A stretch of 64,000 nucleotides of DNA from positions 1,746-65,745 of the forward strand of contig JARYLT010000004.1 of assembly GCA_029907515.1 (NCBI GenBank). The letters run 5' to 3'. The stretch is from Spirochaetota bacterium (GTDB lineage Bacteria; Spirochaetota; UBA4802; UB4802). Position 1 is the first letter of the stretch, and each line of letters opens with the position of its first letter. This document shows positions 1 to 13,469 of this stretch, piece after piece. Below the pieces are notes generated by a model that saw only the letters and a program-made list of their open reading frames with translations, was not told the origin of the DNA and made no database searches. A program made the translations under genes and the position numbers.

Positions 1-237
1 GCTCAAGCTGCAGAAGTTGAGGAAAAGACTGAATTTGATGTTATCCTCACAGGTTTTGGTGATAACAAGATTAATGTTATCAAGGAAGTCAGGGCAATTA
101 CTGGTTTAGGTTTGAAAGAAGCCAAAGACCTGGTAGAAGCTGGTGGCAAACCAGTCAAGGAAAAGGTTTCCAAGGAAGAAGCCGAGAAGATCAAAAAACA
201 GCTTGAAGAAGCTGGAGCAACTGTCGAGATTAAGTAA
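1..237 (+). CDS. rplL: 50S ribosomal protein L7/L12, C-terminal part (5' end lies outside the window)
   Basis: Frame 1 reads [78 protein letters not shown] then TAA, the conserved L7/L12 C-terminal domain. It lies directly upstream of rpoB. It is absent from the ORF track because it has no start codon. Confidence 0.92.
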   Translation, partial: AQAAEVEEKTEFDVILTGFGDNKINVIKEVRAITGLGLKEAKDLVEAGGKPVKEKVSKEEAEKIKKQLEEAGATVEIK

Positions 238-295
238 CGTTTTAAACGTAAAATATCTTGAAAAGATTCTGGTAATACTGTATATTGAAAACAGT

Positions 296-328
296 AGTAG
301 GTTTGGTTGCGATGCAATCAAACCTACT
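296..328 (+). terminator. Hairpin in the rplL-rpoB spacer, a possible attenuator or partial terminator
   Basis: AGTAGGTTTG (296-305) pairs with CAAACCTACT (319-328) across a 13-nt loop and is followed by a T-rich GTTGTTGATATT. The position matches the known rplL-rpoB attenuator of other bacteria. Confidence 0.4.
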
Positions 329-514
329 GTTGTTGATATTGGTAAAATTTGTTAACAGTTTCATTCTTTTGTATACAATAACAGTGCCCCAAACAGTATG
401 AATAAAACAATAAACGAGCAAAATCTTTTTACAATAATTTTAATTTTTAATCGATTGTCCGATTTTCTTCATATTTTGGCTTATTGTGAATAAATCTTAT
501 TTTAGGTGTAAACT

Positions 515-3500
515 ATGCAAAAACAACAAAAAGTTATCCGTTTTGGTAAAATAAAACCCGGCATTGGATTGCCAAATTTGATCGAAAATCAAACCGAATC
601 GTTTAAATGGTTTTTACAGAAGGATGTAGCAACTTCCAAGAGGAAAAACCAGGGACTTCAAGCAGTGTTTCTTGAAACATTTCCAATTGTAAGCCCCAAT
701 GATGATATAGAACTGGAATTTGTTGAATATGAGTTAGGTGAGCCAAAATATAATGTGCAGGAATGTAAGGAAAGAGATGTTACCTATGCAGCTCCACTTA
801 AAGCAACAATACGGCTCATAAAAAAGGATACCATGGAAGTCCGTGAGCAGTCTGTGTATATGGGCGATATACCATTAATGACTGAAAGCGGCACTTTTAT
901 TATAAATGGCGCAGAACGTGTTGTGGTAAATCAGTTGCACAGGTCACCGGGAATATTCTTTTTCTGGGATGAAATTGAAAGAATGTACAGTGCCCGGGTA
1001 ATCCCTGACAGGGGCTCATGGCTGGAATTTGAAATGGATGCTAAAGGCCTGATAGTTGCCCGCATTGACAGGAAGAAAAAATTCCCTGCAACTATTATAC
1101 TTAAAGCATTAGGGTATAATACTAATGAAGAGATAATTAAGCTTTTCTATAATACAAAAAAGATAACTCTTGCTGAAGAAAAAGATTACGAATTCCTGAA
1201 AAATAAGCGGGTTGCTTCTGATGTTATTAATCCAGAAACAGGAGAAGTGCTATTAGAGGCTGGTGAACGAATAACTATTGACTATATTGATATACTGCGT
1301 GATGAGAAGATAAAAGTTGTAGAAGTTATAGAATTCCCCAAGAATAAAGATGATGCATATCTCATTACATCCCTAGAAAAAGACGATTGCAAGAGCTCTG
1401 AGGAAGCATTGTTGAAATTGCATCAGATGCTGAGACCTGGTGAACCAACCAATATTGATAATGCACGTGAGATATTTAATCGGTTATTCTTTGATCCCAG
1501 AACATACAGTTTGGGGGGTGTGGGACGCTATAAGATAAATAAAAAATTTGGTTTTGACATGAAAGAGGTAAAGGAAGATTACCTCAGAAAAGAAGATATC
1601 GTACATACAGTTAAATATTTAATAAACCTTATTGCTGAAGTGGATGGGTATATCGTTGATGATATTGACCATTTAGGGAACAGAAGAATACGGCCCGTTG
1701 GCGAGCTAATCCAGAATCAGATAAAGATTGGATTCCAGCGAATGGAGCGCGTAATTAAAGAACGTATGACTATACAGGATGTTGATGTGGTCACACCACA
1801 GGCTCTCATAAGTATTAAGCCAATTACTGCTGTTATTAATGAATTTTTTGGCTCTAGCCAGCTATCGCAGTTTATGGACCAGACAAACCCGTTGGCAGAG
1901 TTAACCCATAAACGGCGGCTTAATGCACTGGGGCCAGGTGGTTTAACACGTGAGCGGGCTGGATTTGAAGTGCGCGATGTTCACCCATCACACTATGGAA
2001 GAATGTGTCCAATAGAGACACCTGAAGGTCCCAATATTGGATTGATTATATCAATGAGTACGTATGCACGCATTAATGATTATGGTTTTCTTGAGACCCC
2101 CTATAAGGTTGTTGAAAATGGTAGGGTTACTGACAAGGTTGTATATCTTACTGCTGATGAAGAGGATAAGTATTTCATAGCTCAGGCCAACGCTACAATA
2201 GATGAAAATGGCAAGTTTGTTGATAATCTTATCCCCTGCCGTCACCGTGGTGATTTTCCCTATAAACGGCCTGAAGAAATACAGTATATGGACGTATCGC
2301 CGGATCAGGTGTTTTCAGTTTCAACATGCCTCATTCCGTTCCTGGAACATGATGATGCTAACCGCGCACTCATGGGTTCAAATATGCAGCGCCAGGCAGT
2401 GCCACTGTTAACGGAAGAAGTTCCGCTGGTAGGTACAGGTATGGAAGGCCCTGCTGCTATGGATTCTGGTGTTGTGGTTAAGGCAAAACGTGCTGGCGAA
2501 GTAATTTATGCAGATGCAAAAGTTATCAGGGTGAAAACATCCAGCGGCGAGATAGATGAATATACTTTGCAAAAATTTAAACGAACCAATCAGGGTACCT
2601 GTTTCAACCAGAAACCAATTGTGCGTAAAGGGCAGAAAGTAAAAGTGGGTGACATCCTGGCAGATGGGCCAGCCACAGACAATGGGAAACTGGCATTAGG
2701 TAAAAATATCCTGGTTGCTTTCATGCCATGGATGGGATATAACTTTGAGGATGCCATTCTGCTTTCCGAACGTCTGGTGTATGATGATGTATATACATCA
2801 CTACATATTGAACAGTTTGAGATAGAAGCCAGAGAGACCAAGCTTGGGAGGGAAGTAATCACCCGAGATATTCCCAATCTTAGCGAAAAAGCGTTCAGAG
2901 ATCTTGATGAAAATGGTATAGTACGAATGGGTGCCTATGTTGCACCTGGCGATATACTTGTAGGTAAGGTTACCCCAAAAGGGGAACAGGACCTTACACC
3001 TGAATATAAATTGTTGCATTCAATATTTGGTGAAAAAGCGCGTGAGGTGCGAGATACATCGCTCAGAGTACCTAATGGCGTTGAGGGGATTGTGATTGAT
3101 GTGAAGCGTTTTTCCCGTGAGAATGGTGATGAGTTATCTGCGGGTGTAGAAGAGCTTGTCAAAGTGTATATTGCTTCAAAAAGGAAAATATCCGTTGGTG
3201 ACAAGATGGCTGGCCGCCATGGTAACAAAGGTGTTATATCAAGGATAGTTCCTGTGTATGATATGCCGTATTTGCCAGACGGAACGCCAGTTGACATTGT
3301 TTTAAATCCGCTATCGGTTCCATCACGAATGAATTTAGGACAGCTTCTTGAAACTGAATTGGGCTGGGCGGCAAAGGAACTGGGATTTATAGCAGAATGT
3401 CCAATATTTGATAGCCCTGAAGAGCAGGAAATACGCGAGCTTTTGAAAAAGGCAGGTTTGCCAGAAACTTCAAAGACTATCCTGTATAATGGTCAGACAG

Positions 3501-3964
3501 GTGAGCCCTTTGAAAGTGAAGTTATGGTTGGTTACATCTACATGTTGAAATTAGCTCATATGGTTGATGATAAGATTCATGCACGTTCAACAGGTCCATA
3601 TTCACTGGTAACACAACAGCCATTGGGTGGTAAAGCACAGTTTGGCGGACAGCGATTGGGCGAGATGGAAGTATGGGCACTTGAAGCATACGGTGCTGCA
3701 TACACATTGCAGGAACTCCTCACAGTGAAATCTGACGATATGTTAGGGCGAGCACGGATTTATGAAGCGATAGTTAAAGGTATTAACACCACTTCGCCTG
3801 GAATTCCGGAATCTTTCAATGTACTGGTTCAGGAATTGCGGGGCCTTGCACTGGATGTCAGAATTTACGATGAAAATGGTAATGAGATAAATCTCTCTGA
3901 ATGGAGCGAAGGCTTAAGTAAGCCAAAGAGAAAAATCAAGCTTGAAACGCTTGAAAATGAGTAA
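515..3964 (+). CDS. rpoB: DNA-directed RNA polymerase subunit beta
   Basis: 1149 aa with hallmark motifs ([49 protein letters not shown]). AGGTG RBS upstream. Confidence 0.98.
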   Translation: MQKQQKVIRFGKIKPGIGLPNLIENQTESFKWFLQKDVATSKRKNQGLQAVFLETFPIVSPNDDIELEFVEYELGEPKYNVQECKERDVTYAAPLKATIRLIKKDTMEVREQSVYMGDIPLMTESGTFIINGAERVVVNQLHRSPGIFFFWDEIERMYSARVIPDRGSWLEFEMDAKGLIVARIDRKKKFPATIILKALGYNTNEEIIKLFYNTKKITLAEEKDYEFLKNKRVASDVINPETGEVLLEAGERITIDYIDILRDEKIKVVEVIEFPKNKDDAYLITSLEKDDCKSSEEALLKLHQMLRPGEPTNIDNAREIFNRLFFDPRTYSLGGVGRYKINKKFGFDMKEVKEDYLRKEDIVHTVKYLINLIAEVDGYIVDDIDHLGNRRIRPVGELIQNQIKIGFQRMERVIKERMTIQDVDVVTPQALISIKPITAVINEFFGSSQLSQFMDQTNPLAELTHKRRLNALGPGGLTRERAGFEVRDVHPSHYGRMCPIETPEGPNIGLIISMSTYARINDYGFLETPYKVVENGRVTDKVVYLTADEEDKYFIAQANATIDENGKFVDNLIPCRHRGDFPYKRPEEIQYMDVSPDQVFSVSTCLIPFLEHDDANRALMGSNMQRQAVPLLTEEVPLVGTGMEGPAAMDSGVVVKAKRAGEVIYADAKVIRVKTSSGEIDEYTLQKFKRTNQGTCFNQKPIVRKGQKVKVGDILADGPATDNGKLALGKNILVAFMPWMGYNFEDAILLSERLVYDDVYTSLHIEQFEIEARETKLGREVITRDIPNLSEKAFRDLDENGIVRMGAYVAPGDILVGKVTPKGEQDLTPEYKLLHSIFGEKAREVRDTSLRVPNGVEGIVIDVKRFSRENGDELSAGVEELVKVYIASKRKISVGDKMAGRHGNKGVISRIVPVYDMPYLPDGTPVDIVLNPLSVPSRMNLGQLLETELGWAAKELGFIAECPIFDSPEEQEIRELLKKAGLPETSKTILYNGQTGEPFESEVMVGYIYMLKLAHMVDDKIHARSTGPYSLVTQQPLGGKAQFGGQRLGEMEVWALEAYGAAYTLQELLTVKSDDMLGRARIYEAIVKGINTTSPGIPESFNVLVQELRGLALDVRIYDENGNEINLSEWSEGLSKPKRKIKLETLENE

Positions 3965-4009
3965 TCTGTACATTTTAAAAAATTTTAATTAAGGTAAGAA
4001 GGTAATACG

Positions 4010-7000
4010 ATGAGAGATTTTAACGATTTCAATTCTATTCAAATAAAATTAGCTTCTCCTGATATGATCCGCGAGTGGTCATATGGTGAAGTAAAAAAAC
4101 CTGAAACAATTAACTATCGAACCTTAAAACCTGAAAGGGATGGCCTCTTTTGCGAAAGAATATTTGGGACAACAAAAGAATGGGAATGCTATTGTGGCAA
4201 GTTCAAGTCAATACGATATAAAGGAGTAGTATGCGACCGTTGTGGCGTAGAGGTTACACATTATAAAGTCAGGCGTGAGCGTGGTGGTCATATTGAATTA
4301 GCATGCCCGGTAGCGCATATATGGTATTATCGCTCAGTACCATCACGAATAGGGTTATTGCTTAATTTGACAGTAAATGAGTTAAAATCTATTCTGTATT
4401 ACGAAAAATATGTTGTTATTGACCCTGCTGATTCTGATCTGAAATATGGCGATGTTATAGATGAAGATACTTTTAACCATTATTATGAAACATACGGCGA
4501 TGAATTTGTAGCCGATATGGGTGCAGCTGCAATCAAGGAAATGTTAAGAAGAATAGACCTTGATGGCGAAGCACGTGAATTGCGAAGCAAAATTGCAGGT
4601 CAGGATAAACTGAAGGTAGATAAAAAAGATATTAAACGACTTGAGCTTATAGAAGCTTTCAGGGATTCAGGCAACCGGCCTGAGTGGATGATACTTGATG
4701 TTGTACCGGTTATTCCTCCAGAACTGAGGCCAATGGTTCAGCTTGATGGTGGAAGGTTTGCAACATCTGATCTTAATGACCTTTACAGGCGAGTTATTAA
4801 CAGAAATAACCGGTTAAAACGATTACTGCTTCTGAGAGCACCTGATATTATAGTAAGAAATGAAAAACGCATGCTCCAGGAAGCGGTGGATGCACTGTTT
4901 GATAACAGCAAGCGCAAACGCGCAGTGAAAGGCAAAGCCAATAGACCTCTTAAGTCACTCAGTGACATGTTAAAAGGCAAACAGGGGCGGTTTAGACAGA
5001 ACCTTCTGGGTAAGCGAGTTGATTATTCCGGGCGTTCAGTTATTGTTATTGGCCCTGAGCTTAAACTGCATCAGTGTGGATTGCCAAAGAAGATGGCTGT
5101 GGAATTATTTAAGCCATTTATCATGAAGAGACTGGTAGATAAAGGTTTTGTACAGAATATAAAATCTGCCAAAAAGATGGTGGAAAATGAAAGGCCTGAA
5201 GTGTGGGAAGTTTTAGAAGAGGTTATTGCCGAACATCCGGTACTATTAAACCGTGCTCCCACACTACACCGGTTAGGAATTCAGGCGTTTGAACCAGTAC
5301 TCGTAGAGGGGAAGGCTATCAAGCTGCATCCATTGGTATGCCATGCATACAATGCTGACTTTGATGGCGACCAGATGGCTGTTCATGTCCCACTATCGCC
5401 ACGAGCTCAGATAGAGTGCTGGACATTAATGCTTTCAGCAAATAATTTGCTTAACCCCGCAAATGGTCAACCTATCGTAACTCCAACCCAGGATATTGTT
5501 CTTGGAATATATTATTTAACCTCTGAACTGCGAAGCGAAAATGAATTTCTTCCCTTTTTTGGCTCAATGGATGAAGTATTATATGCTCTGGAATTCAGAC
5601 AAATAAAATACAGAACAAAGATTAAATATCTTATGGATGGTGAATTTGTTGAAACAACACCAGGAAGGTTAATCTTTAATGAAAAATTACCTGCAGGGTT
5701 CCCTTTTGTTAATTATACTGTCAATGATAAGGAACTTTCAAAAATCATTTCTAAAATTTTTAGAGAATATGGCCCAACTGCAACAGTAAAGGTACTTGAT
5801 GACATCAAGGAATTAGGCTATAAATATGCAACATATTTTGGGCCAACTATCTCAACAAGTGATGTAAAAGTGCCTCCATTGAAGGATGAATTAATTAAAA
5901 AATCTAATGAGATGCTGGAAAAGATTGAGAATGAATATCGTAATGGTTATATAACCAATGAAGAGCGGTATAATCGTGTTATTGACCTCTGGACAAAAAC
6001 TAATGAAGATGTTACCGATGTTATGTTCAATACAATGTCGCAGGATGCTGATGGATTTAATCCCATTTATATTATGGCACAGTCCGGAGCACGAGGCAGT
6101 AAACAGCAGATACGGCAGCTTGCAGGTATGCGTGGCCTTATGGCAAAACCCAGCGGTGAAATTATTGATGTCCCCATCAAGTCAAATTTTAAAGAAGGGC
6201 TGACAGTACTTGAATATTTTATCTCCACTAACGGTGCACGAAAAGGCTTGGCAGATACTGCATTAAAAACCGCTGATGCCGGGTATTTAACACGAAGGCT
6301 TGTTGATATAGCCCAGGATGTTGTTATAACAATGGATGATTGTGGTACCTCAGTAGGAATTGATGTGGGTGCATTAAAAGAAGGTGATGAAGTTGTGGAA
6401 TCTATTGGTTCAAGGGTACTGGGGAGAACCTTGCTTTATGATCTGTATCATCCGGTTACCAATGAAGTTATTTGCAAGAGTGGTGAATTAATTACTGAAG
6501 AGATTGCAGAAAAGATAGATGAATTGGGCCTTGATCGTATAACAATCAGATCGGTGTTAACGTGTGAAGCTCGACATGGTGTTTGTGCACGCTGTTATGG
6601 CAGAAATTTAGCTACTGCACGTATGGTTGATATTGGTGAAGCTGTAGGGATTATTGCGGCGCAATCTATTGGTCAGCCAGGTACACAGCTTACCATGCGT
6701 ACCTTCCACATTGGTGGTACTGCATCTCACGTTGTTGAAGAAAGTGAAATCAGTTTTAATTACCCTGTTTATGTAAAGGAAACTACCTTCAAAACAGTAA
6801 AAACTGAAGATGAACAGGGTGAGAAGAAAACCATATCTGTACGGCGTGGTTATATCGTTTTACAGCGATTACTGGAAGAGATACCTGTAAAAAGTGGTGA
6901 ACTGGTGGTAAATGATGGTGACAGAGTATATAGCGGAACACCAATAGTAAAAAAATCTGATGGGTCATTTATTGTCACAACAAAATCAGGTGTGGTTAAA

Positions 7001-8215
7001 CTTGATAAATCCAGGGCATATATCCTTGGAGAGCCCAATATGATTCCTGTTAATATAGGTTCTACCATTTATTTAAAAACTGATAAATTTTATCATGTAA
7101 ATCCACAGACGGGGAAAACTGATGTACTGGTGAAATTTGATCCCTGGTTTGAGCCAATATTAACTGAAATAAATGGGAAGGTGAAATTCATTGATATTGA
7201 AATCAATAAGAGTATGAGGGAAGAGATAGATCCTCAGACAAATCAGCTCAAGCGTATTATCGTTGAAGCAAAGACGGAAAAGTTGCAGCCAGCCATAGAA
7301 GTTTCATCTGCTGATGAAACCTTCAACTACCTGTTGCCAAAAGGTGCTCACCTGTTTGTTGATGATGGACAGACAGTAAAAGCAGGTATGGTTCTGGCAA
7401 AAATACCAAAAGAAGTTGAAAAGACAAAAGATATTACGGGTGGCTTGCCACGAGTAGCAGAACTGTTTGAAGCACGTACCCCCAAGGATAAGGCAACCAT
7501 ATCAGAGATTGACGGGCGTGTCAAAATTGGCGATACCGTCAAGAATAAACGTAAGATAATTGTCACCGGTGATGATGGCGAAGAAAGAGAATATCAGATA
7601 CCTGCTTCCAAGTATTTACGGGTTCAGGATGGCGACTGGATCAATAAAGGTGATAAAATTGATGATGGCCCAATTGATCCGCATGATATCCTTGATATTA
7701 AAGGACCGCGCGAACTTGAAAAATTCCTTGTAAACGAAATTCAGGAAGTGTATCGTTTGCAGGGTGTTCAGATAAATGATAAGCACATTGAGATAATTGT
7801 GCGACAGATGTTACGGAAAGTCATCATAGAAGATCCTGGTGATACAAGCTTTGTCGTAGACCAGATAGTTGATAAGTTTGAATTTGATGATGAAAATATG
7901 CGTGTTGAAAAAGAAGGTGGTAAAGCAGCATCTGCAAAACCGGTACTGATGGGTATAACAAAATCAGCTCTTAATACGGAATCGTTTATATCTGCTGCAT
8001 CGTTCCAGGAAACAACCCGCGTGTTAACTGAAGCGGCAATTAAAGGAAAGATTGATAGATTACGTGGATTAAAGGAAAATGTAATCATTGGTCATTTGAT
8101 TCCGGCAGGTACTGGTGTACGTGAGTACAATAAGGTTACTGTATACCAGAAAGTTAAGGGCGACTTAGATGGCGTTGCAAAGGAAGTAGAGGAGGAAATC
8201 CCTGCTGAGAAATAA
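4010..8215 (+). CDS. rpoC: DNA-directed RNA polymerase subunit beta'
   Basis: 1401 aa with an N-terminal zinc site (CYCGKFK...CDRCGVEV), the catalytic [12 protein letters not shown] motif and the trigger-loop region. Follows rpoB. Confidence 0.98.
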   Translation: MRDFNDFNSIQIKLASPDMIREWSYGEVKKPETINYRTLKPERDGLFCERIFGTTKEWECYCGKFKSIRYKGVVCDRCGVEVTHYKVRRERGGHIELACPVAHIWYYRSVPSRIGLLLNLTVNELKSILYYEKYVVIDPADSDLKYGDVIDEDTFNHYYETYGDEFVADMGAAAIKEMLRRIDLDGEARELRSKIAGQDKLKVDKKDIKRLELIEAFRDSGNRPEWMILDVVPVIPPELRPMVQLDGGRFATSDLNDLYRRVINRNNRLKRLLLLRAPDIIVRNEKRMLQEAVDALFDNSKRKRAVKGKANRPLKSLSDMLKGKQGRFRQNLLGKRVDYSGRSVIVIGPELKLHQCGLPKKMAVELFKPFIMKRLVDKGFVQNIKSAKKMVENERPEVWEVLEEVIAEHPVLLNRAPTLHRLGIQAFEPVLVEGKAIKLHPLVCHAYNADFDGDQMAVHVPLSPRAQIECWTLMLSANNLLNPANGQPIVTPTQDIVLGIYYLTSELRSENEFLPFFGSMDEVLYALEFRQIKYRTKIKYLMDGEFVETTPGRLIFNEKLPAGFPFVNYTVNDKELSKIISKIFREYGPTATVKVLDDIKELGYKYATYFGPTISTSDVKVPPLKDELIKKSNEMLEKIENEYRNGYITNEERYNRVIDLWTKTNEDVTDVMFNTMSQDADGFNPIYIMAQSGARGSKQQIRQLAGMRGLMAKPSGEIIDVPIKSNFKEGLTVLEYFISTNGARKGLADTALKTADAGYLTRRLVDIAQDVVITMDDCGTSVGIDVGALKEGDEVVESIGSRVLGRTLLYDLYHPVTNEVICKSGELITEEIAEKIDELGLDRITIRSVLTCEARHGVCARCYGRNLATARMVDIGEAVGIIAAQSIGQPGTQLTMRTFHIGGTASHVVEESEISFNYPVYVKETTFKTVKTEDEQGEKKTISVRRGYIVLQRLLEEIPVKSGELVVNDGDRVYSGTPIVKKSDGSFIVTTKSGVVKLDKSRAYILGEPNMIPVNIGSTIYLKTDKFYHVNPQTGKTDVLVKFDPWFEPILTEINGKVKFIDIEINKSMREEIDPQTNQLKRIIVEAKTEKLQPAIEVSSADETFNYLLPKGAHLFVDDGQTVKAGMVLAKIPKEVEKTKDITGGLPRVAELFEARTPKDKATISEIDGRVKIGDTVKNKRKIIVTGDDGEEREYQIPASKYLRVQDGDWINKGDKIDDGPIDPHDILDIKGPRELEKFLVNEIQEVYRLQGVQINDKHIEIIVRQMLRKVIIEDPGDTSFVVDQIVDKFEFDDENMRVEKEGGKAASAKPVLMGITKSALNTESFISAASFQETTRVLTEAAIKGKIDRLRGLKENVIIGHLIPAGTGVREYNKVTVYQKVKGDLDGVAKEVEEEIPAEK

Positions 8216-8244
8216 AATTTCTTGACAATTATACAGGTAAAATT

Positions 8245-8284
8245 GATTAATCACTTTCAATTAAAATTTTGAAAGTGATTAATC
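8245..8284 (+). promoter_or_regulatory. Perfect 16-bp inverted repeat between rpoC and rpsL (terminator-like hairpin or operator)
   Basis: GATTAATCACTTTCAA (8245-8260) and TTGAAAGTGATTAATC (8269-8284) flank an 8-nt loop. A TTGACA at 8222-8227 precedes it and several TATAAT-like hexamers (8287-8305) follow. There is no clean T-tract. Confidence 0.45.
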
Positions 8285-8332
8285 TGTATAATATAATGTT
8301 ATAATATTCAATAAATGTAGTGAGGAGACAGG

Positions 8333-8707
8333 ATGCCTACAATTAATCAGTTAATAAGGAAAGGGAGATCTGAAAAGGTTAAGAAATCAAAATCCCCGGC
8401 ACTGAAGAGTTGCCCTCAGAAAAGAGGAGTATGTACACGAGTAATGACTGTTACGCCAAAAAAACCTAATTCAGCATTGCGGAAGGTTGCTCGTGTAAGA
8501 CTGACCAATGGAATAGAAGTTACAGCATATATTCCAGGTATAGGCCATAATCTTCAGGAACACTCTGCTGTGTTAGTTCGAGGTGGAAGGGTAAAGGACC
8601 TGCCAGGTGTGAGGTACCATATAGTACGTGGGACATTGGATTCTTTAGGAGTTAATGACCGCAAAAAAGGAAGATCAAAATATGGCACCAAGCGGCCAAA
8701 AGCATAA
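8333..8707 (+). CDS. rpsL: 30S ribosomal protein S12
   Basis: [12 protein letters not shown]... with the [11 protein letters not shown] motif. 124 aa, GAGGAG RBS. Confidence 0.97.
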   Translation: MPTINQLIRKGRSEKVKKSKSPALKSCPQKRGVCTRVMTVTPKKPNSALRKVARVRLTNGIEVTAYIPGIGHNLQEHSAVLVRGGRVKDLPGVRYHIVRGTLDSLGVNDRKKGRSKYGTKRPKA

Positions 8708-8731
8708 TGTAATAATTATTTGGTATAGTGA

Positions 8732-9211
<480 letters not shown>

Positions 9212-9249
9212 TTATAGTATTATTTGCTGTTTAAAAGTTTAATATATAA

Positions 9250-9274
9250 AATACCAGGGCATCCCCCTGGTATT
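9250..9274 (+). terminator. Hairpin between rpsG and fusA (weak intrinsic terminator or attenuator)
   Basis: AATACCAGGG / CCCTGGTATT 10-bp stem with loop CATCC, followed by only a short T run (TTTGA). Confidence 0.35.
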
Positions 9275-9315
9275 TGATGCTTTATCATAAATAATTAATT
9301 TTATCATCAGGTATT

Positions 9316-11394
9316 ATGGGAAGAGAGTTACCATTACACAGGACACGAAATATTGGGATAATGGCTCATATTGATGCAGGTAAAACCACATTAACCGAGC
9401 GCATCCTCTATTATACTGGCAAGACCTATAAAATTGGAGAAGTCCATGATGGCACTGCAGAGATGGACTGGATGATTCAGGAAAAGGAGCGAGGGATTAC
9501 CATCACTGCTGCTGCTACCACAACCTACTGGAAAAATACGCGTATCAATATCATAGACACTCCGGGACATGTTGACTTTACCGTTGAGGTGGAACGAAGT
9601 CTGAGAGTTTTAGACGGAGCTATAGCCGTTTTTGATGCCGTTGCCGGAGTGGAGCCACAGAGTGAAACAGTATGGCGACAGGCTACACACTACAATGTAC
9701 CCAGAATATGTTTTGTAAATAAAATGGACAGAGTGGGAGCAGATTTTGAGAATTGTCTCACCATGATAAAGGAACGTCTGTATTCCATACCACTGCCCTT
9801 ACAAATTCCCTATGGGAAGGAAGATAGCTTCAAAGGTGTTATAGATATAGTCCAGATGAAAGCACTGGTGTGGACTGACCAGTTAGGTGAGCACTATGAC
9901 GTTGTACCAATACCTGAAGAATACCATGATGAAGCTTTATATTACCGTGAACACCTGATTGAACTGGTTGCAGAATACGATGAGGAAATGCTGGAAAAAT
10001 ATTTGGAAGGTGTGGAAATAACAGAAACTGAGCTGAAACGTGCCATCCGCAATGCAACATTAAAAACTGCATTGTTTCCGGTATTTTGTGGCAGTGCATT
10101 GAAAAATAAAGGTGTTCAGCCACTGATTGATGCCATTATTGACTATCTGCCTTCGCCTAAGGATATTCCAGCTATTAAGGGGCATGATGTGCATCATGAT
10201 GATAACATCATGGAGCGCCATCCTGATGACAAGGAACCTTTCTGTGCACTGGTATTTAAGATAGCAAGTGACTCGTATGTGGGGAAGCTCTGTTATATCA
10301 GAGTGTACTCAGGGCATCTGGCAGCTGGTGATACTGTTCTGAATGTCAACAAGCAAAAGAAAGAACGTATTGGCCGGATCTTACGAATGCATGCCAATGA
10401 CCGGGAAGACATCAAGGAAATATACACAGGGGATATTGCCGCACTTGTGGGTTTGCGGTTTGCCCAGACAGGCGATACCATCACATCGGTTGATGCGCCA
10501 ATACTTCTGGAAAAGATGGAATTCCCGGAGCCGGTAATAGCCCGGGCAGTTGAGCCAAAAACACGGGCAGATCTTGAAAAATTGCATGCAGTGCTGAAAC
10601 GATTGGAAGAAGAGGATCCAACGTTTTTTGTCAAAATTGATGAGGAAAGCGGGCAAACGATTATTTCAGGTATGGGTGAGCTGCATCTTGAAATCATTGT
10701 TGACAGGTTACAGCGTGAGTTCAATATGCTTGTCAATGTTGGCAAACCACAAGTTGCCTATAAAGAAACAGTCACAGGAGTAGCAAAGGCTGAAGGAGTA
10801 TTTGAAAAAGAGATTGCCGGAAAATTGCAATATGGCCATGTGCTACTTGAAGTAAGTCCGTGCGATAGTTCCTTTGAGTTTGTTTCAAAGGTGGATACAG
10901 CGGTATTACCGAAAAATTGTATAAAAGCTGTGGAAATGGGTTGCAGGGATGCACTCAGTTCCGGGGTAATAGCTGGATATGAAATGACAAAGATACGAGT
11001 GATACTTGAAGATGCAAAATACCGTGAGGATGCTTCAGTTGACCATGCATACCGTATTGCTGCAACAATTGCTTTAAGGGATGCAGCAAGGAAAGCTTCC
11101 CCAATGTTGCTTGAGCCTGTTATGAAACTGGAAGTTGTGGTACTTGATGAATATATGGGTGACATAATCAATGATATTAATTCGCGGCGTGGAAAAATTG
11201 AACATATTGATATTCGTGGTATGTTAAAGGTCATAGATGCATACGTTCCACTGGCTGAAGCGTTTGGGTATGCAACGGCAATACGTTCACTGAGCCAGGG
11301 GAGGGCATCGCACACGTTACAGTTTAGCCATTATGAAGTTGTACCACAGGCTGTCATGGAAAAGATTCTTGGCAGTTACTATCGGCCTGTATAG
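9316..11394 (+). CDS. fusA: Elongation factor G
   Basis: 692 aa with G-domain motifs [14 protein letters not shown] and NKMD, plus the EF-G domain IV/V region. Confidence 0.97.
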   Translation: MGRELPLHRTRNIGIMAHIDAGKTTLTERILYYTGKTYKIGEVHDGTAEMDWMIQEKERGITITAAATTTYWKNTRINIIDTPGHVDFTVEVERSLRVLDGAIAVFDAVAGVEPQSETVWRQATHYNVPRICFVNKMDRVGADFENCLTMIKERLYSIPLPLQIPYGKEDSFKGVIDIVQMKALVWTDQLGEHYDVVPIPEEYHDEALYYREHLIELVAEYDEEMLEKYLEGVEITETELKRAIRNATLKTALFPVFCGSALKNKGVQPLIDAIIDYLPSPKDIPAIKGHDVHHDDNIMERHPDDKEPFCALVFKIASDSYVGKLCYIRVYSGHLAAGDTVLNVNKQKKERIGRILRMHANDREDIKEIYTGDIAALVGLRFAQTGDTITSVDAPILLEKMEFPEPVIARAVEPKTRADLEKLHAVLKRLEEEDPTFFVKIDEESGQTIISGMGELHLEIIVDRLQREFNMLVNVGKPQVAYKETVTGVAKAEGVFEKEIAGKLQYGHVLLEVSPCDSSFEFVSKVDTAVLPKNCIKAVEMGCRDALSSGVIAGYEMTKIRVILEDAKYREDASVDHAYRIAATIALRDAARKASPMLLEPVMKLEVVVLDEYMGDIINDINSRRGKIEHIDIRGMLKVIDAYVPLAEAFGYATAIRSLSQGRASHTLQFSHYEVVPQAVMEKILGSYYRPV

Positions 11395-11619
11395 TACAAA
11401 ATCATGGTAAAAAATTAATTTCAATTTTTATAAAAAAATATTTGATATTTTATAAATTACGCAATAAATTAGTTGACAGATAAAGCATATATTTTTTAAT
11501 TCACACACTTCCACTGTTATGCACTAAAATAGATGATGTGGAAGTTTGTGTTATCTGAACGTAATACTTTCTAACGATCATAGAGTGATAAAATCTTTAG
11601 CGGTTGTGCTACGTTTATA

Positions 11620-11647
11620 TTGTATTGCTGTGTTTGTGTGATATAAT
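11620..11647 (+). promoter_or_regulatory. Candidate sigma70-type promoter for tuf (extended -10)
   Basis: TTGTAT (11620-11625), a 16-nt spacer, then TGaTATAAT (11639-11647). It lies 32 nt upstream of the tuf ATG, in a 285-bp AT-rich spacer after fusA. Confidence 0.45.
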
Positions 11648-11679
11648 GAAATTTATTATTTTTATAAAGGAGATAACAA

Positions 11680-12894
11680 ATGGCAAAGGCAAAATTTGAA
11701 AGAACCAAACCACATGTTAATGTTGGAACAATAGGCCATATTGACCATGGCAAGACTACGTTAACATCTGCAATTACAAAAGTTCTTGCGGCTGCGTATG
11801 GTGGCAATAATAAACCTGTAGAATTTGATCAGATAGATAATGCACCAGAAGAAAAAGCACGAGGTATAACGATTGCGACTTCACATCAGGAGTATGAGAC
11901 ACTAAATCGGCATTATGCGCATGTTGACTGCCCTGGCCATGCTGACTATATTAAGAACATGATTACCGGTGCTGCTCAGATGGATGCTGCTATTCTTGTT
12001 GTTGCAGCAACTGATGGCCCAATGCCCCAGACAAAAGAGCACGTTCTTTTGGCCCGCCAGGTTAACGTTCCTTATATCATTGTTTTCCTTAATAAAGTTG
12101 ACATGCTTGATCCAGCTGACAGGGATGAGCTTGTTGAACTTGTTGAAATGGAAGTTAGAGACCTTCTTAACAAATATGAATTCCCTGGTGACACAATTCC
12201 AATTATACCAGGTTCTGCGTTGAAAGCCATGCAGTGTGGTTGTGGCAAGAAAGAGTGTGAAGCATGTGAACCAATTTTAAAATTGGCTGAAACCCTTGAT
12301 ACGTATGTACCTGAACCACAGCGTGACAGGGATAAACCATTCCTTATGCCTATTGAAGACGTATTTTCAATTACTGGCCGTGGCACTGTTGTTACCGGAA
12401 GGATTGAGCGTGGTGTAGTAAGAACTGGTGATGAAGTTGAGATTGTTGGTTTTGGCGAAACCAAGAAGACAGTTGTTACCGGTGTTGAAATGTTTAGAAA
12501 GATTCTTGATGAAGGTATTGCAGGTGACAACGTAGGATGTCTGCTCCGTGGTACAGGCAAAGATGAAGTTGAGCGTGGGCAGGTTCTGGCCAAACCAGGT
12601 TCGATAACTCCGCATAAGAAATTTGAGGCTGAAGTATACGTATTGTCAAAAGAAGAAGGTGGTCGTCATACTCCGTTCTTCAGTAACTATCGCCCACAGT
12701 TTTATTTCAGAACTACTGACGTTACCGGCATCATTCAGTTGCCTGAGGGTGTTGAGATGGTTATGCCAGGTGACAATATTAAGATGACGGTAGAGCTTAT
12801 TACCCCTGTTGCAATGGAAGAAACTCTCAGGTTTGCTATACGTGAGGGTGGAAGGACTGTTGGGGCTGGTGTAGTTGCTAAAATATTAGAATAA
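11680..12894 (+). CDS. tuf: Elongation factor Tu
   Basis: 404 aa with [21 protein letters not shown] and SAL motifs. Carries a Cys-rich insert [12 protein letters not shown] after the SAL motif. Confidence 0.98.
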   Translation: MAKAKFERTKPHVNVGTIGHIDHGKTTLTSAITKVLAAAYGGNNKPVEFDQIDNAPEEKARGITIATSHQEYETLNRHYAHVDCPGHADYIKNMITGAAQMDAAILVVAATDGPMPQTKEHVLLARQVNVPYIIVFLNKVDMLDPADRDELVELVEMEVRDLLNKYEFPGDTIPIIPGSALKAMQCGCGKKECEACEPILKLAETLDTYVPEPQRDRDKPFLMPIEDVFSITGRGTVVTGRIERGVVRTGDEVEIVGFGETKKTVVTGVEMFRKILDEGIAGDNVGCLLRGTGKDEVERGQVLAKPGSITPHKKFEAEVYVLSKEEGGRHTPFFSNYRPQFYFRTTDVTGIIQLPEGVEMVMPGDNIKMTVELITPVAMEETLRFAIREGGRTVGAGVVAKILE

Positions 12895-12923
12895 ATAATT
12901 TATTAATTTATAAATACAATGGC

Positions 12924-12964
12924 AATAGTTGTCAGGCTGGTGTACAATCAACCTGACAACTATT
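12924..12964 (+). terminator. Intrinsic terminator after tuf
   Basis: AATAGTTGTCAGG(C)TG pairs with CA(A)CCTGACAACTATT, a roughly 16-bp stem with one mismatch, followed by TTT. Confidence 0.6.
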
Positions 12965-13028
12965 TACGATATAACTGGAAAATTATCCATTTACGAAGAT
13001 TGTTATATGCGATCTTGTTGTATGTAAA

Positions 13029-13037
13029 TGATATAAT
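13029..13037 (+). promoter_or_regulatory. Candidate extended -10 element for the S10 operon
   Basis: TGaTATAAT lies 31 nt upstream of the rpsJ GTG start and has the same architecture as the tuf candidate. No convincing -35. Confidence 0.35.
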
Positions 13038-13067
13038 TAGATATTTGGATGAAAGAAAGGTGTTACA

Positions 13068-13385
13068 GTGGCAAAGCTTACGGGACAACGAATAAGAGTG
13101 AAATTGAGATCATTTGATCCATATTTATTAGATCAATCGGCAGCTAAAATAGTTGCGACGACTAACAGGAGTGGTGCAAAAGTAGCAGGTCCTATACCGC
13201 TACCTACACGAATTGAAAAATTTTGTGTATTGCGTTCCCCTCATGTTAACAAGAAGTCGCGTGAGCAATTTGAGATACGGACTCATAAGCGTCTGATCGA
13301 TATCATCGATCCTAACTCCGATACCGTTGAAGCGCTTATGAAGTTGGAATTGCCTGCTGGTGTTTCTGTAGATATAAAATCATAA
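13068..13385 (+). CDS. rpsJ: 30S ribosomal protein S10
   Basis: GTG start, 105 aa, IRVKLRSFD...GPIPLPT...[13 protein letters not shown]. Confidence 0.95.
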   Translation: MAKLTGQRIRVKLRSFDPYLLDQSAAKIVATTNRSGAKVAGPIPLPTRIEKFCVLRSPHVNKKSREQFEIRTHKRLIDIIDPNSDTVEALMKLELPAGVSVDIKS

Positions 13386-13469
13386 TTATTTCATCTTTCA
13401 TGGAAATTTGTTATATAGCTCTTTAAAAAAGAGTGTGACAGTCTTATAATCGATGCATGGGATAGGAAA

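Noticed and set aside
3-355. ORF-track entries 3..317(-), 106..321(-) and 143..355(+)
   Set aside because: They overlap the clearly recognisable rplL C-terminal coding frame (1..237, +) and its downstream hairpin, and their translations are low-complexity with no RBS.
11395-11679. tRNA genes upstream of tuf (tufB-type arrangement)
   Set aside because: No cloverleaf-compatible sequence and no GTTCGAATC-type T-loop is present. The spacer holds only an imperfect long-loop hairpin and promoter-like elements.
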